Below, piece after piece: positions 18,159 through 25,225 of a stretch of 32,767 nt of DNA. Every line of letters begins with the position of its first letter. The stretch's first letter is position 1. The notes beneath the pieces were generated by a model. It worked only from the letters and a program-made list of their open reading frames with translations. It did no database searches and was not told where the DNA came from. Location: NCBI GenBank assembly GCA_027350645.1, contig DAIEKJ010000003.1, positions 1 to 32,767 on the forward strand, given 5' to 3'. The DNA is from Candidatus Wolfebacteria bacterium. GTDB lineage: Bacteria > Patescibacteriota > Minisyncoccia > UBA6257 > JAGOQP01. The position numbers and the translations under genes were made by a program.

Positions 18159-18881
18159 ATGAACAAAGCCATTATCGAAGTCCGGGCGGGAGTGGGCGGA
18201 GATGAGGCGGCGATTTTTGCCGCAAATCTTGTTGAGATGTACCAAAAATACGCCCAGCGCAAAGGATGGAAATTTGTCACCGTCGACGAAAGCCGCACCA
18301 CCCTCAATGGATACAAAACATTCATGGGGCGCGTGGAGGGCCTTGATGCCTACGACGCACTGAAAAACGAGTCGGGCGTCCATCGCATCCAGCGCGTGCC
18401 AGCAACCGAAAAATCCGGACGCGTCCACACCTCAACGGCGTCGGTGGTTGTCATGCCATTCGTGGAAGAGCGCGCAGTCGTCATTAACCCAAGCGATCTT
18501 GAAATATCGTTTTTCCGATCCTCGGGCCCGGGTGGACAAAACGTCAACAAGGTGGAGACCGCCGTACGCATCATGCATAAGCCCACGGGAGTCGTGGTCG
18601 CCTCGCAGACAGAGCGTTCCCAGAACGCCAACAAAGAAAATGCCATGAGCGTCTTGCGCTCAAAATTATTCGAGGAAATGCAACGCCAAAAAGCCGAATC
18701 CCTGGGCGCGCTCCGCAAGGAGCAGGTCGGCTCGGGCGATCGCTCCGAGAAAGTCCGCACCTACAACTTTCCCGATGACCGCATTACCGACCATCGCATC
18801 GGCAAAAAATGGCACAACATTGAGAAGATACTCAATGGCGATCTGGATCCGATTGTGGAAGCGTTTAAGAAACAGGGATAA
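18159..18881 (+). CDS. prfA: Peptide chain release factor 1, lacking the N-terminal domain
   Basis: IIEVRAGVGGDEA, ESGVHRIQRVPAT (PxT motif), GPGGQ, RSEKVRTYNF; 240 aa; follows rpmE. Confidence 0.9.
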   Translation: MNKAIIEVRAGVGGDEAAIFAANLVEMYQKYAQRKGWKFVTVDESRTTLNGYKTFMGRVEGLDAYDALKNESGVHRIQRVPATEKSGRVHTSTASVVVMPFVEERAVVINPSDLEISFFRSSGPGGQNVNKVETAVRIMHKPTGVVVASQTERSQNANKENAMSVLRSKLFEEMQRQKAESLGALRKEQVGSGDRSEKVRTYNFPDDRITDHRIGKKWHNIEKILNGDLDPIVEAFKKQG

Positions 18882-18907
18882 AAAACTGCCCCTCCGGGCA
18901 TTTTTTT
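18882..18907. terminator. Terminator after prfA
   Basis: tgccc-ctcc-gggca followed by a T-run, with an A-run upstream. Confidence 0.65.
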
Positions 18908-19002
18908 ATTCTGCGGCAGCCGCGATACGTTTCCCCATGAAACGCCGTTCGTTTTTTGCCCACTCCGTTAAGAGTTGTTTGGTGTCAGCGGTACAGCGCA
19001 AG

Positions 19003-20250
19003 TTATTTCGTTGCCTCATACAGCGCCTGAATCTGGTCAGCGGTCATTGCGTAGTTATAAATCGTCACATCGCGGATATTGCCCACAAACGGATCGCCTC
19101 CCGCGGTCCATTTGTTCCCGACAAAAAGATTGCCGTTTGAATTTCCCGGGAAACTCCCTCCGTTGCACGAGTCGACCGGCGCGCCGTTGATATAGACCTG
19201 CATCTTCTTGCCGTCATACACGCCGTCCACCGCACTCCATATATTAAGCGGAAGCGCCGGACCGCTACACACCGATCCCCCCATATAAAACTCAACCGCG
19301 CTTGGCGTATTGTTGAGCCCATAAAAATTAGTCAATCCGTTTCCATAATACACAATTCCCTGATTATTTCCGTACGATTCAAGATACACCAACGCGTGAA
19401 TGGTTAATCCCTGGGTAACGTTATATTGGTTCTTTGGCCCACCGCCGACATAATTTCCCGATGGCGTAAAATGCCCCACCGGCTGCCCGTTGTCGATGGT
19501 ATAATTCTGGGTTGATGAACTGCTCCACGCACCGTTGCCGCCATACGGCGAATGGTCATACGCGACGCTCCCCGATCCTTCGTTGAGTGGCAAAAGAGCG
19601 ACTAATCCCTGACCGCCGTAATCAACGGGGAGCAATGAAAGCGCCGATCCGACTTCGTAGAGATCGGGGTAGATCCCTCCATCGGTAGACGCCTGATCGT
19701 GAGAACCTCCCAAACCGTATTTTTGCGATTCAAACGACGCAGCCAGCTCATACGATGAGAGATGGGGAATGTACGTGTAAAACTCCCCCAAAGACGCCGC
19801 GTTGATCGGGTCAATCGGGAGAGGCGAAAGCGAAACAATCCCCGTTCCGGAAAAATCAACCGGTATCCACCCCGTTCCATCGCTGTGCTGCAATGCCGCT
19901 CCCGAAACACAATGATACACCCACCCAAAAGGCACGGGGGGCAACCCCCACGATCCGCACGTCGAGGAAGCATCGTCGGGAAGAGACGCATACACCGTCG
20001 AGGCGTTTCCGAGAAAAACATTCGGATTGATCGCGGTGAGGGTATTGACGGCCGATGCGATTGACTTGAGATCTTGCATGCGCTTGCTATCGCGCGCTTG
20101 CGCCAGCAACTGCATCGGATTAAGCACCGCCGCCGTGGTTGCCGCGATAAACCCAATCAACCCCATAACAATAAGAAGCTCCACGAGCGTTACCGAATGC
20201 TCGTCTGCTAAACCATTCCAAACGCGCGCAAGTATAAAAGTGTTCATCAT
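19003..20250 (-). CDS. Pilin (major-pilin paralog) fused to a C-terminal LamG-like domain
   Basis: HS|VTLVELLIVMGLIG. Shares VLNP.QLLAQARD..RM.D, GWIP..F, LPIDP.N and YE.GS with the 14423-14995 pilin. LamG motifs LVALLPLNEGSG, GNIRDVTIYNYAM. Confidence 0.82.
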   Translation of the reverse strand: MMNTFILARVWNGLADEHSVTLVELLIVMGLIGFIAATTAAVLNPMQLLAQARDSKRMQDLKSIASAVNTLTAINPNVFLGNASTVYASLPDDASSTCGSWGLPPVPFGWVYHCVSGAALQHSDGTGWIPVDFSGTGIVSLSPLPIDPINAASLGEFYTYIPHLSSYELAASFESQKYGLGGSHDQASTDGGIYPDLYEVGSALSLLPVDYGGQGLVALLPLNEGSGSVAYDHSPYGGNGAWSSSSTQNYTIDNGQPVGHFTPSGNYVGGGPKNQYNVTQGLTIHALVYLESYGNNQGIVYYGNGLTNFYGLNNTPSAVEFYMGGSVCSGPALPLNIWSAVDGVYDGKKMQVYINGAPVDSCNGGSFPGNSNGNLFVGNKWTAGGDPFVGNIRDVTIYNYAMTADQIQALYEATK

Positions 20251-20289
20251 GGTGCGGTGCGCCCAGGAAAACACGCTAGGCGCCCTCAA

Positions 20290-21549
20290 TTACAACGGAA
20301 AAGAAACGGTTCCGGTAATAATATTTTTTTTCATCGCTTCCTCCATCGCTTCGTCCCCGAAATACGCGGCATAGATCCTGTTCCACAGCGATTCCTGGTG
20401 ATGATACAGATATTTAATCATTTCCCGCTCTTTCACCAGCGACATCGCGTTATCCACAATATCAAAACTCACCAGCGCCTGACCCATATCAGAAGCAAAA
20501 TAATCCCCTATCCAGTTTAAACCCTCCCAAAAAGCAACCACCTCGCACCCCTCCCCCAAGGTCTTGCCCATCTGCGTGAGCATGTGTTCGGCCTTTTCCC
20601 AATGCAACGCTTCGGGATTGATGTGCGGCGCAAAAAGCCGCCAATCATTTTCGTCAATTTTTGCCAGATACTGCTGAATCACCAGCCAGTTGCCGTTGTC
20701 CGCCAATCGCCGGTCGTCGGGCTCGTCTCCCCGCAGCAATGCGGTCACGTTGTTATAAAATGTTTTTTCATCTTTCGAAAAACGGGAGAAGAGGTCGGAA
20801 TAAAATCCTATTTCATTCACATAGTGCAAAATCAGCGACAACGTGCGCATCAGCTCTCCGGGCAGATCCAGGGACACCGGAATAATAAAGACAAACCCAA
20901 GCTCTTTGAGATGGCTAATGTTGTGGTATTTTTTCTCAACAAACGATTGCGCTAATTTTTGCCATTTTTCCCCCAAGGCAATGACCTTCAGCGACCGCTC
21001 TTCAAAGTCGGCGCTTGTCAGCGAGCGATAGTTCTCAAAGAAAATGGTATTGAGCCACTCTCCGCCTTCCACAAATCGCAACGCGGCGGCGACCTCAAGC
21101 ACATCTTCGTGCGCAAGCAGATCATCCACCGTTGCGTACCCCAGCGCCGCCATCACTTTGTGCGGGGGCGTCTTTTTTAGAAACGAGGCAAAAAGGTCAT
21201 GCTTAAGAAACAGTCCCCGCCGCTCCCCCACCGATCGCTCTACAAAGTCAGCAACAATCTGGCATCCCTTCTGCGTCGTAAAATCGGGAACGGAAAGCGC
21301 GGCGCCAATCGCGCGATCGTCAGTTTTTATTTTTTCTATCAACACGCGCGACACTTCGATCGCCGGCGCGGTGCGGGAAAGATTCAAAACGCCCAGACGG
21401 TGCGCAATAACATCCTCGTTCTCGTTCCATAGCTCTTCTAAAACACCCTTTTTCCCCGTTGCGCGCTCAAGACGCCCACACGCATCCTGCACCACGTGTC
21501 TGTCGGCGCGCAAGATGCGGGAAAAATTTTCATATGCCGGTGTTTCCAT
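20290..21549 (-). CDS. Hypothetical protein (419 aa) co-oriented with the sugar-phosphate cluster
   Basis: Long clean ORF directly downstream of the PfkB kinase; no function recognised. Confidence 0.8.
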   Translation of the reverse strand: METPAYENFSRILRADRHVVQDACGRLERATGKKGVLEELWNENEDVIAHRLGVLNLSRTAPAIEVSRVLIEKIKTDDRAIGAALSVPDFTTQKGCQIVADFVERSVGERRGLFLKHDLFASFLKKTPPHKVMAALGYATVDDLLAHEDVLEVAAALRFVEGGEWLNTIFFENYRSLTSADFEERSLKVIALGEKWQKLAQSFVEKKYHNISHLKELGFVFIIPVSLDLPGELMRTLSLILHYVNEIGFYSDLFSRFSKDEKTFYNNVTALLRGDEPDDRRLADNGNWLVIQQYLAKIDENDWRLFAPHINPEALHWEKAEHMLTQMGKTLGEGCEVVAFWEGLNWIGDYFASDMGQALVSFDIVDNAMSLVKEREMIKYLYHHQESLWNRIYAAYFGDEAMEEAMKKNIITGTVSFPL

Positions 21550-21582
21550 AGGTATGATTGTTTGCTGCTTTTTATAGAACGA

Positions 21583-22614
21583 TTAACCTCTCAGCCGACT
21601 CGCGCGAACCGCAAGATTTTTCCAGCGCCCGTGTTTGAGCGCCTGGCGCGTCAACAATCCTTCGGTGGCGCCATAGCGCTCTACCACCGACGTCGCGTTC
21701 GCGCTGGCGATACGAATGGCTTCTTTTATCTGTTGCGGGGTTACCGCGCCGGTTGTTTTATTTCGCGCGCCCTGGCGGATAAGCGCGGCGACAAATCCGC
21801 TCCCGAACGCATCGCCGGCCCCCGTGCGATCGACTAACCGTTTCTCCTTGAATATTCCGGCGGTATACACTCGCCCGCCGTCGCAGACCGTTACGCCCTT
21901 ATTTCCGTTCGTAACCGCAACGACTCCCTCCCCCATGCGGCGCGCCAGCGCGGCAAAAACTTCGTGCGGCCGGGAAAAGGGGATGCCAACCAGCTGCGCC
22001 GCCTCCTCTTCGTTGAGCACGAGAAATGAAATGTGCTTGATCAGCCGAAGAATGTCGGCGCGATGGCGAGCGACATGGTACCCACTCGGATTAAACGCGA
22101 GAGCGATATCGTTTTTAACCGCCCACGCAACCAACGTCGGGAACATTCTCGACGACTCCCCCGCCAGCGATAGATACCACCACGCGCTTTTGAGCTTTGG
22201 GAGCGGAACCTCGCGTATGCCAAAATGATTCGACGCTCCATGATAATTTAAAATGGTCCGCTCCCCGTCTTGAACCAGCAGGACCGAATACGAAGTCGGC
22301 AACTGCTTGTCCGCCGACAAAAATTTTGTTTCTATTTTCTCTTTTGTGAGCCGACGCACGATGGCTTCCCCGGACAGATCGCTTCCCCGCCGTCCCACGC
22401 ACGCCGCCCTCAGCCCCTGGCGCGCAAACGTCACGCTGGCATTTGCCGCATTGCCGCCAATAGTGAAAAAAACGTTTTCCACGTCAAGCTTATCCCCCAA
22501 GGGGAGCAGAAACGCTTTCCCTGACGGCGTCTTTTTGTCGGCAATTGTCGGAAATGACGGCACGTCAAAAAAGGCATCCCGCGTCACCGAACCGATGGTT
22601 ACAACATCAAACAT
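21583..22614 (-). CDS. PfkB-family carbohydrate kinase
   Basis: GGNAAN, GERTIL, LNEEEA, DRTGAGDAFGSG. Confidence 0.92.
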   Translation of the reverse strand: MFDVVTIGSVTRDAFFDVPSFPTIADKKTPSGKAFLLPLGDKLDVENVFFTIGGNAANASVTFARQGLRAACVGRRGSDLSGEAIVRRLTKEKIETKFLSADKQLPTSYSVLLVQDGERTILNYHGASNHFGIREVPLPKLKSAWWYLSLAGESSRMFPTLVAWAVKNDIALAFNPSGYHVARHRADILRLIKHISFLVLNEEEAAQLVGIPFSRPHEVFAALARRMGEGVVAVTNGNKGVTVCDGGRVYTAGIFKEKRLVDRTGAGDAFGSGFVAALIRQGARNKTTGAVTPQQIKEAIRIASANATSVVERYGATEGLLTRQALKHGRWKNLAVRASRLRG

Positions 22615-22617
22615 GGC

Positions 22618-23610
22618 TTATTTTCTTTTAATCACTCGCCGCGCGGCAGTGATGATGTCCTTAGGCATCAACTGGTAGTGTTCGAGAAGTTCGCGGGGCG
22701 TTCCCGATTGCCCGAACACGTCCTGTATCCCCACCATTTCCATGGGGATCGGATAGTGCCCAACCAGCAATTCGGCGATGGCGCCCCCCAGTCCTCCCAT
22801 AACCGTATGCTCTTCAACCGTTACTACCGCGCCGGTTTTTTTAGCCCACAACAAAATTTCTTTTTCGTCCAGCGGTTTGATGGTCGCGCTATTGAGAACG
22901 ACACTGCCGATTTTTTCCTTGTCCAGTTCGTATGCGGCAAGCAAGGCATGGTGCACGAGCGGTCCGGCGCCGATAATCAAAACCTCTGGTTTGTTTTTCT
23001 TTGATACCCACAGCGCCTGCGCCTTACCGAAAGTAAACGGCGTATCAATGGTGGTTAAAATCGGCGTGGCTTCGCGCTGGAGACGAATATAGATGGGTCC
23101 CCATATTTTTGCCGCCGCCACCGTCGCTTTCTGCGCCTCAATGGCGTCGCACGGATACACCACTTTCATATTGGGCATGGCACGCATGGTAGCGATATCC
23201 TCTATTGCCTGGTGCGTTGCGCCGTCCGGACCGGTCGACACCCCCGCGTGGTGACCGGCTATTTTGACATTTGAATCATTGTAAGCGCAAAGCGTGCGGA
23301 TCTGCTCCCAGTTCCTCCCTGGAGAAAATGCCGCATAAGAGTTAATGAAAGAGATTTTTCCCGACACCCCTAAGCCCGCGGCAATCGCCGCCATGTTCTG
23401 TTCGGCAACGCCCACTTCAATAAATCGCTCTGGATATACTTTGGCAAACCAGTGGCATCGCGTTGATTCTTCCAGATCTCCCGACAGCACCACGACATTT
23501 TCGTCCCGGCCGGCCTCCAAAAGCCCTTTGCCGTAGCCATCGCGCGTTGGCGCTTCGTCAACGTGTTTTGAAAATATTTTTGGATTCAGATGGAGTGATT
23601 CGTTCAGCAT
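22618..23610 (-). CDS. tktB: Transketolase, C-terminal (pyrimidine-binding) subunit
   Basis: GVAEQN, GPDGATHQ, TIKPLD, VTVEEH...GGLG, FGQSG. Confidence 0.92.
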   Translation of the reverse strand: MLNESLHLNPKIFSKHVDEAPTRDGYGKGLLEAGRDENVVVLSGDLEESTRCHWFAKVYPERFIEVGVAEQNMAAIAAGLGVSGKISFINSYAAFSPGRNWEQIRTLCAYNDSNVKIAGHHAGVSTGPDGATHQAIEDIATMRAMPNMKVVYPCDAIEAQKATVAAAKIWGPIYIRLQREATPILTTIDTPFTFGKAQALWVSKKNKPEVLIIGAGPLVHHALLAAYELDKEKIGSVVLNSATIKPLDEKEILLWAKKTGAVVTVEEHTVMGGLGGAIAELLVGHYPIPMEMVGIQDVFGQSGTPRELLEHYQLMPKDIITAARRVIKRK

Positions 23611-23611
23611 A

Positions 23612-24469
23612 TTATTCGTGCTCTGATTTTATTTTTCCTCCCAGTGTGCGGAGTTCCTTTAATGCCTGGCGCGCCTGTTCTTTGTTGGGAGGCATGCCGT
23701 GCCATTCGTACTTGCGCTCCATAAAACTAACCCCCTTTCCCGGAATGGTGTGCGCGATAATGACCGTCGGTTTTTCATACACGGCTCTTGCCTGTGCCAC
23801 CGCGTTGATAATCTCTTCAATATTATGCCCATCAACGTCAATCACGTTCCAGTTAAACGCAAGATATTTCTCGCGCAACGGCTCCAGAGGCATGACATTT
23901 TCGGTAAATCCGTCAATTTGAATATTGTTGCGGTCAATAACAACCGTTATGTTGTTCAAGCGATTTTTTCCCGCAAACATTGCCGCCTCCCACACATTCC
24001 CCTCTTGATGCTCGCCATCGGACATCACCACATAAATGCGATGCTTCTCGTTGTTCAGCCGCGCCGAAAGCGCCATGCCGATTCCCTGTGACAACCCCTC
24101 GCCCAACGGCCCCGAGGTTGTTTCGATGCCAGGCAACGCTTTGCGGTGCGGATGTCCCTGCAAACCCGATCCATACTGACGCAAGGTTTCAAGTTTCTTG
24201 AGAGGGAAATACCCCGCCCGCGCCAACGCCGCATATTGAATGGGGCAAATGTGCCCATTAGAAAGAATGAGCCGATCGCGCTGCGGCCAAAGCGGTTCTT
24301 TTGGTTTTTGATTAAGAATATAAAAATAAAAAGCGGCAAATAGTTCCGCCGTTCCCAGTGGCCCAGCCGAGTGTCCCGATCCCGCTTTTTCCAACATCGC
24401 AATCACATCCTCGCGCAAACGATTAGCGACACCGTAAAGATCTTTGATCCGTTTATGGGAGATAAACAT
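23612..24469 (-). CDS. tktA: Transketolase, N-terminal (TPP-binding) subunit
   Basis: GSGH, DRLILSNGH, LQGHP, GPLGEG, SDGE.QEG, DGHN, GKG, WHG. Confidence 0.93.
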   Translation of the reverse strand: MFISHKRIKDLYGVANRLREDVIAMLEKAGSGHSAGPLGTAELFAAFYFYILNQKPKEPLWPQRDRLILSNGHICPIQYAALARAGYFPLKKLETLRQYGSGLQGHPHRKALPGIETTSGPLGEGLSQGIGMALSARLNNEKHRIYVVMSDGEHQEGNVWEAAMFAGKNRLNNITVVIDRNNIQIDGFTENVMPLEPLREKYLAFNWNVIDVDGHNIEEIINAVAQARAVYEKPTVIIAHTIPGKGVSFMERKYEWHGMPPNKEQARQALKELRTLGGKIKSEHE

Positions 24470-24512
24470 AAAATAATAGACACCTCACAACAAACAACCG
24501 ACCCCGATAAAA

Positions 24513-25148
24513 TTAAATTTTCTTCAGCGTCCGGTAGGCGCGCGCGGGATCAGCGCTATTCCAAACGTACGATGCCGATACCACCGCATCGGCCCCCGCT
24601 TTCTTGCACAACAACGCCGTCCGCTCATTTATACCGCCATCCACGGCTATTGTAGCACGCAGACGTCTTTTTTTCAAAAACGTTACCGCGGTTAACGCCT
24701 TGCGGTTGAATTTTTGTCCCGACTTTCCGGGAATAACCGCCAGCACCAAAAAACTCCGCACCCATACGGGAACACCAGCGATGGTCTTAGGAGGGTCGCC
24801 CGCGCCCACAACCGCACCAATGCGTACCCGATGTTTCTTTGCAAGCACCCGCACCGCATTCCAATCCTTTACTTCCCGCGCATGGACATAGACCAACCGA
24901 AATGTTCCGTCATACCATTTTCCCGCAATCAACTTATTCCACGGAAGCATAAGATGTCCCGCCAGCAGGAACTTTCCAGCATACCTTTTCACGCCGGATC
25001 GGCACACCACCGCGGTCACCGGCGTCCAGATGCCATCGGAAATATCCACATGCACCGTTGCGCGCACGGGCAAAAAATTTCCAGCAATGCGAAGTTTTGT
25101 AATAAACCCCGCCCGCGTCGGTTCGTTAATAGCGACAATTGTCTGCAT
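24513..25148 (-). CDS. rpe: Ribulose-phosphate 3-epimerase (divergent)
   Basis: HVDISDG, HLM, PGKSGQKF, VDGGIN, GAD; extended -10 TGaTATACT at 25167-25159. Confidence 0.85.
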   Translation of the reverse strand: MQTIVAINEPTRAGFITKLRIAGNFLPVRATVHVDISDGIWTPVTAVVCRSGVKRYAGKFLLAGHLMLPWNKLIAGKWYDGTFRLVYVHAREVKDWNAVRVLAKKHRVRIGAVVGAGDPPKTIAGVPVWVRSFLVLAVIPGKSGQKFNRKALTAVTFLKKRRLRATIAVDGGINERTALLCKKAGADAVVSASYVWNSADPARAYRTLKKI

Positions 25149-25173
25149 ACGCCATGGTAGTATATCACACTCA

Positions 25174-25206
25174 CAAAACCCCGCCATATATAATGGCGGG
25201 GTTTTG
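25174..25206 (-). terminator. Terminator after surface protein A
   Basis: Perfect 14-bp inverted repeat caaaaccccgccat-atata-atggcggggttttg. Confidence 0.8.
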
Positions 25207-25225
25207 AAAAAATAACCAGCAACGG

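Noticed and set aside
18906-19019. Short minus-strand frame ending ADTKQLLTEWAKNERRFMGKRIAAAAE*
   Set aside because: Could be a gene remnant, but it is only 37 codons, overlaps the pilin stop, and no family is recognisable.
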